Of a DNA stretch of 64,000 nt, positions 39,252-48,623 are shown piece by piece. The notes beneath the pieces were generated by a model. That model worked only from the letters and a program-made list of their open reading frames with translations. It was not told the origin of the DNA and made no database searches. A program made the position numbers and the translations under genes. Source of the stretch: Bacteroidota bacterium (GTDB taxonomy: Bacteria; Bacteroidota; Bacteroidia; Bacteroidales; ML635J-15); the NCBI GenBank assembly GCA_034658655.1, contig JAYEFQ010000079.1:8965-72964 (forward strand), written 5' to 3'. Every line of letters begins with the position of its first letter. Position 1 is the stretch's first letter.

Positions 39252-40490
39252 ATGGCTATTGGTGAAAAAGGAAGAGAAAACAAAGTTCACATTGGAATAT
39301 ACGGGCGACGTAATAATGGAAAATCATCCCTAATTAATTCACTTGCAGGGCAGAAAATTTCTATTGTCAGTGATGTTCCAGGAACAACAACCGATCTGGT
39401 AAAAAAATCTTTTGAAATTACGGGTTTCGGCCCAGTAATACTAATAGATACAGCCGGAATTGATGATGTTGGAAAATTGGGAAATATGAGAATTGAAAAA
39501 TCTTTTGATTCTCTAAAACTCATCGACTTAGCATTGCTTATAATCACCAATAATGAGATAAAAAGTCCTGAAAATTTGATGATTAAAGCCTTTAAAAAAG
39601 CAGAGATTCCTTTCATTCTTATACATAATAAATCAGATATTCAGCCACTAAGCTCTGAATTAAGTCAAGAAGTCTCGAAAACATTAAATCTTAAAATCAT
39701 TGAATATAGCTGTTTTAAAGACGAAATCGGGAAAGAAAATCTAATTCGTGAAATAAAACAAAGCATCCCAGAATCAGCAATGGAAACTCCAACGCTGATT
39801 GGCGATTTAATTCAATATGGCGATATTGTTTTATTGATTACCCCCATTGACATTGAAGCACCTGAAGGTCGGTTAATCCTACCCCAAGTTCAGGCAATTC
39901 GAGATATATTAGACAATGATGCTGTGGCAATCGTTCTAAAAGAGCGTGAAGTGGATGCTTTTTTAAGAAAAACAGGGATAAAACCTGCACTCGCAGTTAC
40001 TGACAGCCAGATTTTCCTAAAAGCAGATGCATCTATTCCTGCAGATATTCCTTTAACGGGATTTTCTATCATGTTAGCACGCTTTAAAGGCGACTTCAAT
40101 GCATATCTACAAGGAACTCCTAAAATTTCCGAACTACAAAACGGTGATAAAATCTTACTTTTGGAATCGTGCACCCATCATGTTGCTTGTGATGATATTG
40201 GCAGAATAAAAATTCCACGTTGGATTGCAAATTTCACAGGCAAAAAGTTAGATTTTGTCGTTGTCTCAGGCTTGGATAATGTGCCAGGAAAAATCACAGA
40301 TTATGCATTGATAATTCAATGCGGGGGTTGTGTTATTACCCGACGACAATTAATCAACAGGATACAACCCGCAATTAAGGCTGGTGTACCAATTACAAAT
40401 TACGGAATGGCGATTGCCTGGGTTCAAGGAATTTACGAACGGGCCATTTCGCCTTTTACCGGTATCGCAGGACGTGAGGATTATTTATAA
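39252..40490 (+). CDS. hydF: [FeFe]-hydrogenase H-cluster maturation GTPase HydF
   Basis: G1 motif GRRNNGKSSLIN, plus GTTTD, DTAG and NKSD. PIDIEAPEGRLILPQVQAIRD and VTDSQ align with my recollection of Thermotoga HydF along the whole length. C-terminal cluster motif CTH-x46-QCGGC. Confidence 0.85.
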   Translation: MAIGEKGRENKVHIGIYGRRNNGKSSLINSLAGQKISIVSDVPGTTTDLVKKSFEITGFGPVILIDTAGIDDVGKLGNMRIEKSFDSLKLIDLALLIITNNEIKSPENLMIKAFKKAEIPFILIHNKSDIQPLSSELSQEVSKTLNLKIIEYSCFKDEIGKENLIREIKQSIPESAMETPTLIGDLIQYGDIVLLITPIDIEAPEGRLILPQVQAIRDILDNDAVAIVLKEREVDAFLRKTGIKPALAVTDSQIFLKADASIPADIPLTGFSIMLARFKGDFNAYLQGTPKISELQNGDKILLLESCTHHVACDDIGRIKIPRWIANFTGKKLDFVVVSGLDNVPGKITDYALIIQCGGCVITRRQLINRIQPAIKAGVPITNYGMAIAWVQGIYERAISPFTGIAGREDYL

Positions 40491-40507
40491 AACGATAAAT
40501 ATGCAGG

Positions 40508-41224
40508 CTAACCTATTCGTCTCGCTTTTAGTTGTGCATTAAGGGCTTCATGATTCCCGCCGCAAACTTCATTAAGCTTTTCGTAAAATGCTTGACCATG
40601 ATTTTTGTGTATGGTATGGCAAAGCTCGTGCAAAATAACATAATCTATCAATTCATCAGGAAGTTGCATTATGTGTAGCGAGAAATTTAAGTTGTTTATA
40701 CTGGAGCAAGATCCCCAACGAGTTTTTGCTGACGTAATTTTTACATCTCGCCATTTGAAATTATGTTTCTTTGCTAATTCATTAACCCGATACGGAATAT
40801 ACATTTTCGCATCATTACGAATTACGGATTCAATAAAGTGAAAAATCATCGACTGGATTTCTTCTGCCTTAATATCGAAGGTTTTTGGAATATATAACTT
40901 TGTGCTAGCTTCACCAGTAGTATAATGCACCTCGTTTTTTTCAGTTTGATGCAAAGTGATTTTTGTGCTACGAGTAGAAATATGCGTGTCAAAGTCAAAA
41001 TATTTTCTCTTAGGCAATTGAGTTTTCAACTGTTTTTGCGCAGCAAGAATTTTTGCTTTTATCCTATTTAACAATATAGATTCTACCTCTTTATAACTGC
41101 CATGCGGAGGAATGCTGACATGTACGGTGCCATCTTGAAGTACTTTAAAGTTATAATTTCTTTTTGCTCGACCGTTTTTAGTCATTTTAACCAAGCCGAT
41201 CTCGTCAAGAAAAACTTCATGCAT
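40508..41224 (-). CDS. YgjP-like DUF45 / M48-type metallopeptidase
   Basis: RWGSCSS...DYVILHELCHTIHKNHGQAF, with an HExxH zinc motif in the DUF45 context. Confidence 0.75.
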   Translation of the reverse strand: MHEVFLDEIGLVKMTKNGRAKRNYNFKVLQDGTVHVSIPPHGSYKEVESILLNRIKAKILAAQKQLKTQLPKRKYFDFDTHISTRSTKITLHQTEKNEVHYTTGEASTKLYIPKTFDIKAEEIQSMIFHFIESVIRNDAKMYIPYRVNELAKKHNFKWRDVKITSAKTRWGSCSSINNLNFSLHIMQLPDELIDYVILHELCHTIHKNHGQAFYEKLNEVCGGNHEALNAQLKARRIG

Positions 41225-41232
41225 GTTTGACC

Positions 41233-41532
41233 TTATTTTACGACTTCACTCAGTTTTTTAAATGAGCTATCTGTCGCTATATACATGTCTTTTTCAATGT
41301 CTTTAAAGGCTGATTTTTTCTCTTTGGCATCTTGAATTTTGCGCGCCTCGTTGATGCGAGTGACTATGTCTGAATGATTATTCATCGTTTCATGCATCAA
41401 ATCATCAACGGATTCGCTTTTATCATCGTTCATCAATTTTGCAATCATACAATCTGTCAGTACTTCGTAGGTTAACCATTTCAGGTCTTTTTTCAAATCA
41501 CGGATATTAGCCATAGCTTTAAATATTTTCAA
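41233..41532 (-). CDS. hypothetical protein (99 aa, helical, charged)
   Basis: The ORF lies 8 nt upstream of the DUF45 gene on the same strand. I recognise no family. Confidence 0.4.
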   Translation of the reverse strand: MKIFKAMANIRDLKKDLKWLTYEVLTDCMIAKLMNDDKSESVDDLMHETMNNHSDIVTRINEARKIQDAKEKKSAFKDIEKDMYIATDSSFKKLSEVVK

Positions 41533-41670
41533 TATTATTTCGACTTCAAATTTAATGTTTTTTATTCAGTCAGCAAGCGTCAACAAAAAATAATCACTTT
41601 GTTTTGTAATTAATAAATGGGATAATATGCACATCCGTAAAAATACAGAATGCAGTAAATCATTTTTTTG

Positions 41671-41678
41671 TATATTTG
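41671..41678 (+). promoter_or_regulatory. -7 box TATATTTG (TAnnTTTG)
   Basis: 61 nt upstream of ATG 41739, in a 206-nt intergenic region. Confidence 0.35.
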
Positions 41679-41738
41679 ATTAGTTAAAAAACATCCGATA
41701 TTGGCTTAGTTTGTTTAGCTTTAACGATACTAATAGAA

Positions 41739-42857
41739 ATGAAATCTAAAGGAGTCATATTCGCTGCATTTTTGCTTGCCTGCTGGTCTGCATTTGGACA
41801 AACTGTGCCGAAATACTCCAACGAGTTTTTAAATATTGGTGTTGGGGCGCGGGCATTAAGCATGTCAGGGGCGGTTAGTGCAAGTTCTGATGATATTACC
41901 GGAATATATTGGAATCCTGCCTCATTAACAGGCTTGAACAATGACATGGAGCTGGGTTTAATGCATGCTGAATATTTTGCAGGAGTTGCATCGTATGACT
42001 TTGGCGGTATTGCCTATCGTGTGGACGATAAAAATGTCATCGGTGGCGGTTTTGTTCGTTTTGGTGTGGATGATATTCCCAACACACTGGATTTAATTGA
42101 TAGCGACGGAAATATTCGTTACGACCGATTATCTTCTTTTTCAGCATCAGATATCGCCGTGTTTTTATCTTACGCTCGTCAGTTAGACAACGAAAATTTG
42201 AGTGTCGGCGGAAATGTTAAGTTGATTCGACGTATTGCCGGTGATTTTGGCGGTTCTTGGGGATTTGGTTTTGATGTTTCAGGACGATATCAACAAGAAA
42301 ACTGGATATTTGCATTGACAGCCCGCGATGTAACTTCCACATTTAATGCTTGGACATTTAACACAGATTTATTGCGTGAAACTTGGTCGCAAACCGGAAA
42401 TGAACTACCGGAAAACTCAATGGAAATAACGCTGCCAAGTTTAACCCTTGCTGCAGCAAATCAGTTTCCTATTTACAAGAAATTTTCAGGCCTTACCGCA
42501 CTCGATTTATTCACAACCTATGATGGAAAACGAAACACACTCATAAAATCAAATTTTATTAGTATTGAACCACGTGCAGGATTAGAATTAGGATATAATT
42601 CCAAAGTATTTTTGCGTGCCGGTGTAGGAAATATTCAGGAAATTCCGCTTGCCGATGGAGAGCGCGAATATCGTGTGCAAATAAACCTTGGTGCTGGCAT
42701 ACAATTTCGAGGATTAAGTATTGATTATGCCTTATCAAATTTGGGGAGCGATGAAAATTTTTATTCCCATGTTTTTAGTTTGCGATATCGTTTTAGCACT
42801 AAACAATCAGCCAAAAAACCAGATACAAACAGTCGTTTAGAAATTGAATCAATTTAA
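41739..42857 (+). CDS. PorV/PorQ-family outer-membrane beta-barrel (T9SS shuttle-like)
   Basis: Signal peptide. The N-terminal motif GVGARALSMSGAVSASSDDITGIYWNPASL is characteristic of the PorV/PorQ family. The rest shows an alternating beta-strand pattern. 372 aa. Confidence 0.7.
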   Translation: MKSKGVIFAAFLLACWSAFGQTVPKYSNEFLNIGVGARALSMSGAVSASSDDITGIYWNPASLTGLNNDMELGLMHAEYFAGVASYDFGGIAYRVDDKNVIGGGFVRFGVDDIPNTLDLIDSDGNIRYDRLSSFSASDIAVFLSYARQLDNENLSVGGNVKLIRRIAGDFGGSWGFGFDVSGRYQQENWIFALTARDVTSTFNAWTFNTDLLRETWSQTGNELPENSMEITLPSLTLAAANQFPIYKKFSGLTALDLFTTYDGKRNTLIKSNFISIEPRAGLELGYNSKVFLRAGVGNIQEIPLADGEREYRVQINLGAGIQFRGLSIDYALSNLGSDENFYSHVFSLRYRFSTKQSAKKPDTNSRLEIESI

Positions 42858-42858
42858 A

Positions 42859-45800
42859 ATGAAGTATTTATTTAATAGCGCCCTATTTTTGATAATGATT
42901 TTATCCATCAATGTTCATGCACAAAGCGTAGGAAATGAATGGATTAATTATGATCAGGAATATTATCGTGTACCAATTACTGAAGATGGAATTCATCGCA
43001 TACCTTATGAAGTACTTGTAAATCAAGGTTTTCCGGCTAACGAAATTGACCCAAGGCGGATACAACTTTTTTATGAAGGAGAAGAACAGTACATTTACAT
43101 TAAAGGCGAAGGAAGCAATGGAATTTTTGACCCATCAGGATATATTGAATTTTACGGACAACGAAATCGAGGACATCGGGATACAATACTTTGGAATAAT
43201 CCTGAAAACTGCATAAATCCTGATTATAGCATCTTTACAGACACCGCAATTTACTATCTCACATATAATACTTCGACAAACAACCATAGAATTGCAAACA
43301 TTACCGCAAATAATTTTGATGATTACAGTGAGAATTTAGCAACTTATTGCATAAAACATGTGCGTCAGAATTATGTTGGCACTTATTATGGGGCTTCCAC
43401 TCAATCTGTTTATACAGAAGGAGAATCTTATTTAGATGCGTCAAGAATACAGGATGGGTCTTCACGAACGAAGGTGATTCCAACTAATGCTGCAAGTTCA
43501 AGTGGTCCCGATGCTATAATTGAAACGGCTATTGCTGGAACTCCAAATGAAAGCTTTATATCTTATGTTCCGCATCATTTAAAAGTTGATTTTCTGGGGG
43601 AAACCCGTATTGATGAAATATATTACGGTTACGAGTTTGTCCGCAAGCAGGTGGAAATCCCGGCATCGCAAATTCCTGAACAAATCAGCTTTGTGTTTTC
43701 ATCAAATGATGTACAGTCCCCAAGTGTAAATGATTACAATCGTTTAGCTTATATTGATATAAAATATGCACACAGTTTTAATTTCGAGGAAACAGACCAA
43801 TTTGAATTTTATTTGCCTTCTGGAAGTGGGGCAAAAGATTATCTTGAAATCACAAATTTTAATACAGGGAGTTCCATTTATTTATTTGATATTGATCAAC
43901 ACGAAAGAATCCTTTCTGTTAATGAGGACGATGTGAATAAAGTCCTTGCCAACAATAATGGACAAATCCGCCATATGGTTTTAACAAATCAAGACGGATT
44001 AATACTGATAGACTCCCTGGCTCCGGTTTCCCAAAATGCAAAATTTACTGATTATTTATCGGAAAATCCCAATCCGAAATATCTTATCATTACACATCCC
44101 AAACTTATGTCAGCAGCCTTGGAATATCAGGCGTACCGAAATATCACGGGGCATAGTGCGGCAGTTTTTAATATTGAAGAATTATATGATCAATACACTT
44201 ATGGAGTGAGAAAACATCCTTATGCAATGCGATATTTAGTTCAAGACATCATTAACCAAACAACTCATCAACCTGACTTTTTATTTCTACTTGGGAAGGG
44301 TATTCGAACAGCTACTACGCGAAATAATGGAGGCTATTTTGCAAATAATTTAATTCCAAGTTTTGGAAATCCACCGAGCGATATTTTAATTACAGCAGGC
44401 ATGGGTGATACCAATTTTGAACCTTTAATTCCAACCGGACGATTAGCTGCAAAAACCAACCAAGAGGTTTTAGATTATCTTGACAAAGTAATGGTTTATG
44501 AGAGCAATTCGGTGGATGAGTGGATGAAGCAAATTGTTCATTTTGGAGGGGGTGCAAATGAAAATGAGCAACAAACCTTTGCATCATATCTTTCAGATTA
44601 TGAAGATATTATTGAAGACACTTTATTTGGAGGATTTGTTCATACCTTTTTAAAGAACAGTTCTGCTCCAATACAGATTTCCACTTCAGATTCTGTTCGA
44701 AACCTAATTAATACAGGAACAAGTATGATGTGCTTTTTCGGACATGGATCAACAAGCGGATTTGATCAAAATATAGATTTTCCAGAAAATTATAATAATC
44801 AAGATCGATATCCTTTCATGTTGGCAAATTCTTGTTTAGCAGGAAATATTCATTTGCAATATAATGAAAGTAGCAGTGAAGATTGGGTGCTTATTCCAAA
44901 TCGCGGTGCAATTGGATTCCTTGCGTCTGTAGGACTTGGACTACCATCCTATTTGAATGTCTTTTCAAGAAATCTATATCAGCAAATATCCTACGAAAAT
45001 TATGGAACATCAATTTCATATCAGCAACAACAGGGGATAAAAAAAGCTCAACAAGGTAGCTCAAATAACATTCAATTGGAAACAACTTGTCACGAAATGA
45101 CATTACATGCCGACCCTGCAATTCGTATAAATTTTTCCGAATTACCGGATTTAAAAATTACCAATGGGGATTTACGCTTTTCTCCTGAGGAAATAAGTAC
45201 TGTTCAAGATAGCTTTCAGGTTTTTGTCGCCGTGCGAAATATTGGTCGTGCTTTTCAAGATATTTTTTTAATTCATGTTGAGCGCCGATTCCCCGACAAT
45301 AGTACAGAAAGTCTGGATATTATACGGACGGGAAGTTTATATCTTGATACCATCATGTTTAAGCTTCCGGTGAATATTGAAAAAGGATCTGGATTAAACC
45401 AACTTGTTATTCGTTTGGATTATTATGATGAAATTGATGAATTAAGTGAGATGAATAATAACTTAACTTTGAATTTCTTAATTAGCTCCAGTAACCTTTT
45501 CCCGATTTATCCGTACGAATATGCCATTTATCCGAATGCTTCAGTAACATTAAAAGCATCTACAGGGATGCCTTTTGCCCCTGAAATGCAGTATTTATTT
45601 CAAGTAGATACGACTGATTTATTTAATTCCAATCTTGGTGCGCCGCTTTATTCAGGAGATGTTACTTCTCCCGGGGGCGTTGTAGAATGGTCTGTTCCAG
45701 CCTCCCTTACAAATAATAAAGTCTATTATTGGCGAGTTGCCGCAGCGCACGCAAATCCAGACTCTATCCGATGGAATGAAAGCTCATTTATATACATTCC

Positions 45801-47868
45801 CGGGGAAGAAGGTTGGTCGCAAGCGCATTTCTTTCAATTCAAAAATGACGAGTACAATTATATCAACTACAACAGGAATACTCGTGATTTTTCCTTTGTG
45901 GAAACCACACAGCAACTTCAGGTGCATAATCAAGGTATTTTGTGGACACAAACCTATAATGATGTGTTCTGGAGTATTGATGGTGCAACTGGTAGTGGAT
46001 TGGGAGATTTAGGATGTTGTGCCACTGCGCCAGCAATGATTGTCGCAGTAATTGACCCGATTGAAATACGCGGATGGATGTCTGATTATCAAGATTTTGG
46101 ACATAGAAACTATCCAAAATGTTTTTCACAAGGAGCACCAGGGTCGTTTTTCGTATTTAGTACAGGCTCGGCTGATGATTTTAACGAAACTGCGATGCTG
46201 GCAATGAATGATATGCTTGTTAATCATGTTCCCGACGGGCATTATATCGTTGCATATTCTTGGGCTGATGGGTATTTTGAAAGTTGGAGCGAAACGCTTT
46301 TATCCACATTTGAAAGCTTGGGATCAACTCAAATTCGCAGCATTCCGAATGATATGCCGTATATCTTTTTCTGTCAAAAAGGCGATCCCAGTTCAGCAGA
46401 AGAAGTTATTGGTAATAGTCCTACGGATGAAATTGATTTTTACACTTCCCTTACAAGACCTTTTAATTATGGAACAGTGCTAAGTACAATCATTGGACCA
46501 TCAAACCATTGGAGTTCCTTACATTGGTATCAAGAGAGTACAGATGACCCAAATTATGACATCAATCAGTTAGAAATTTTAAAATTCGACCCGGTAACAT
46601 TTGAAGAAACCCCGATTGACACAGTCTATCCGCCGGATTATGAAATTCATCAATTGAATAACGAGATTCCGGCATCTGAAAATCCATTTTTGAAATTAAA
46701 ATTTCGCACCCGCGATGATACCCTTAATACTCCAGCTCAGCTTGATAAATGGCAGATACGATATACCGGTATCCCTGAAACGGCAATTAATCCGCAAGCT
46801 GGCTTTTATCATACCGGAGATACCATCTTGCAAGGCGAGGATTATGAATTTGCTTTGGCGACCGAAAACATTAGTCCTTATGACATGGATTCTTTGCTCG
46901 TAAAATATTGGGTTCAGGGTTCAAATAATGAAATTATTGAATTAGGCACAAAACGTTTACGACCCCATCCGGCAGGTGATGTAATAATAGATACTATCCG
47001 TTTTAATACCATCGATTTGATTGAGCTAAATTCGGTGTGGGTCGAGTATAATCCGACCGTTGCCGGGGGAGATTATGATCAAGCAGAACAGTATCATTTT
47101 AATAATATTGCACAGTATTTTTTCTATGTGCAAAGCGATAAAGAAAATCCAATTCTTGATGTTACCTTTGATGGCGTACGAATTTTAGATGGAGATATTG
47201 TGTCTGCCAAACCGGAAATATTAATTAGCTTGAATGATGAAAATCCATATCTCGCACTGAATGACACAGCTTTATTTAGAGTTTATTTGACCGAAATAAC
47301 TCGGGGAACTGAGCGACGAATATTTTTCCGTGATAGTATGGGAAATGAACAATTGGAGTGGACCCCGGGAGTTTTACCCGAAAATAAATTTCGCATTGTA
47401 TATCGTCCAGAGTTTGATGAAGACGGAGTTTATCAATTACGAGTACAGGCAACCGATGAGTCAGGAAATGAATCTGGTGAATTTGATTTTACCATAAGTT
47501 TTGAGGTTATTACAAAATCAAGCATTACACATATTTTAAATTATCCGAATCCGTTTTCAACCTCAACACGCTTTGTTTTTGAACTGACAGGTTCGGTTAT
47601 ACCAGATGAAATACGAATTGAAATTTACACCGTTACCGGAAAACTAGTAAAAGTGATTGATCAATATGAATTGGGATCGATAAATATTGGTCGTAATATC
47701 TCAGAATACGCTTGGGATGGCACCGATATGTATGGCGATCGTCTCGGAAATGGGGTGTATTTTTATCGGGTAAAAACAAAAATCCAAGGGGAGGACATTG
47801 AACATCGCTCCAATGAATCTGATGCGTTTTTTAAACAAGAAATCGGCAAAATGTATTTAATGCGATAA
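42859..47868 (+). CDS. very long C25 (gingipain-like) cysteine peptidase, PorU-like T9SS sortase candidate, with T9SS-type C-terminal domain
   Basis: ATG lies 1 nt after the porV-like stop. Signal peptide MKYLFNSALFLIMILSINVHA. C25 core YLIITHPKLMSAALEYQAYRN...YDQYTYG, with His in FFGHGS (44743-44745) and Cys in LANSCLAG (44833-44835). C-terminal LNYPNPFSTSTRF...GVYFYRVKT. Confidence 0.7.
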   Translation: MKYLFNSALFLIMILSINVHAQSVGNEWINYDQEYYRVPITEDGIHRIPYEVLVNQGFPANEIDPRRIQLFYEGEEQYIYIKGEGSNGIFDPSGYIEFYGQRNRGHRDTILWNNPENCINPDYSIFTDTAIYYLTYNTSTNNHRIANITANNFDDYSENLATYCIKHVRQNYVGTYYGASTQSVYTEGESYLDASRIQDGSSRTKVIPTNAASSSGPDAIIETAIAGTPNESFISYVPHHLKVDFLGETRIDEIYYGYEFVRKQVEIPASQIPEQISFVFSSNDVQSPSVNDYNRLAYIDIKYAHSFNFEETDQFEFYLPSGSGAKDYLEITNFNTGSSIYLFDIDQHERILSVNEDDVNKVLANNNGQIRHMVLTNQDGLILIDSLAPVSQNAKFTDYLSENPNPKYLIITHPKLMSAALEYQAYRNITGHSAAVFNIEELYDQYTYGVRKHPYAMRYLVQDIINQTTHQPDFLFLLGKGIRTATTRNNGGYFANNLIPSFGNPPSDILITAGMGDTNFEPLIPTGRLAAKTNQEVLDYLDKVMVYESNSVDEWMKQIVHFGGGANENEQQTFASYLSDYEDIIEDTLFGGFVHTFLKNSSAPIQISTSDSVRNLINTGTSMMCFFGHGSTSGFDQNIDFPENYNNQDRYPFMLANSCLAGNIHLQYNESSSEDWVLIPNRGAIGFLASVGLGLPSYLNVFSRNLYQQISYENYGTSISYQQQQGIKKAQQGSSNNIQLETTCHEMTLHADPAIRINFSELPDLKITNGDLRFSPEEISTVQDSFQVFVAVRNIGRAFQDIFLIHVERRFPDNSTESLDIIRTGSLYLDTIMFKLPVNIEKGSGLNQLVIRLDYYDEIDELSEMNNNLTLNFLISSSNLFPIYPYEYAIYPNASVTLKASTGMPFAPEMQYLFQVDTTDLFNSNLGAPLYSGDVTSPGGVVEWSVPASLTNNKVYYWRVAAAHANPDSIRWNESSFIYIPGEEGWSQAHFFQFKNDEYNYINYNRNTRDFSFVETTQQLQVHNQGILWTQTYNDVFWSIDGATGSGLGDLGCCATAPAMIVAVIDPIEIRGWMSDYQDFGHRNYPKCFSQGAPGSFFVFSTGSADDFNETAMLAMNDMLVNHVPDGHYIVAYSWADGYFESWSETLLSTFESLGSTQIRSIPNDMPYIFFCQKGDPSSAEEVIGNSPTDEIDFYTSLTRPFNYGTVLSTIIGPSNHWSSLHWYQESTDDPNYDINQLEILKFDPVTFEETPIDTVYPPDYEIHQLNNEIPASENPFLKLKFRTRDDTLNTPAQLDKWQIRYTGIPETAINPQAGFYHTGDTILQGEDYEFALATENISPYDMDSLLVKYWVQGSNNEIIELGTKRLRPHPAGDVIIDTIRFNTIDLIELNSVWVEYNPTVAGGDYDQAEQYHFNNIAQYFFYVQSDKENPILDVTFDGVRILDGDIVSAKPEILISLNDENPYLALNDTALFRVYLTEITRGTERRIFFRDSMGNEQLEWTPGVLPENKFRIVYRPEFDEDGVYQLRVQATDESGNESGEFDFTISFEVITKSSITHILNYPNPFSTSTRFVFELTGSVIPDEIRIEIYTVTGKLVKVIDQYELGSINIGRNISEYAWDGTDMYGDRLGNGVYFYRVKTKIQGEDIEHRSNESDAFFKQEIGKMYLMR

Positions 47869-47870
47869 GT

Positions 47871-48623
47871 TTACCACGCTTCTCCCATCGTTTGTATAAC
47901 CCAAAATTCGGTGTTGACTTTTAACTCTTGATTTTCGCAATGACATTCAATGATATCTCTCATTAATTTCCTGACTTTATCATTCTCAAAGGCTTTTAAA
48001 ACCGGAACAAGGCTTTTAAATTCAGTGCATTGTGTTTGCAACATCGCATTCCTGATGGATTCATTTTCTACCGTTTCATCTGCTAACATAAGCCGATTAC
48101 TTTCTAACCAAATTCCTGTAATTATTAATCCGGCAAGTGCTGAGCGTTGTGCTTGTATTAAGTCAGATGTAACTGAGGTATAAGCCTGATTCAAAATTTG
48201 AAGCAAAGAGTCTGAAGCATATAAATTCCGCTCAATTTTTTCAACCGCAAAAAGAATTTCATCACGAGGTAAATCCAAAGCCAAAAACCGATTTTCAAGC
48301 TCTGCTGCATACTCCATGCTTAAATTTACACGGTTGAAATAACGGAGATAACTTAAATCAGCCAATAAAATCCCCGTTTGCAAAGCAATTTGTTCGTAAT
48401 TTTCCGGCATAATGATTTTTTCCGGCATAAGCTCGGCTTGATAATTAATGTTTGCATGCTCAAGCGGAGCAATCATGTCTTCGTAATTCGGAATACTATC
48501 CGGAAGCAATTGAATTGTATTTGCGATTGCATCTTCATCAATAATAAATTCTGTTTCTTGCTTTTGTCCACAAGCAAAAATAAGCAAACAGTATCCAATA
48601 AATATAATTTGTTTTAGTTTCAT
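47871..48623 (-). CDS. hypothetical lipoprotein
   Basis: Lipobox LLIFAC. The start overlaps the stop of the GH92 gene, so the two are probably co-transcribed. Confidence 0.45.
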   Translation of the reverse strand: MKLKQIIFIGYCLLIFACGQKQETEFIIDEDAIANTIQLLPDSIPNYEDMIAPLEHANINYQAELMPEKIIMPENYEQIALQTGILLADLSYLRYFNRVNLSMEYAAELENRFLALDLPRDEILFAVEKIERNLYASDSLLQILNQAYTSVTSDLIQAQRSALAGLIITGIWLESNRLMLADETVENESIRNAMLQTQCTEFKSLVPVLKAFENDKVRKLMRDIIECHCENQELKVNTEFWVIQTMGEAW

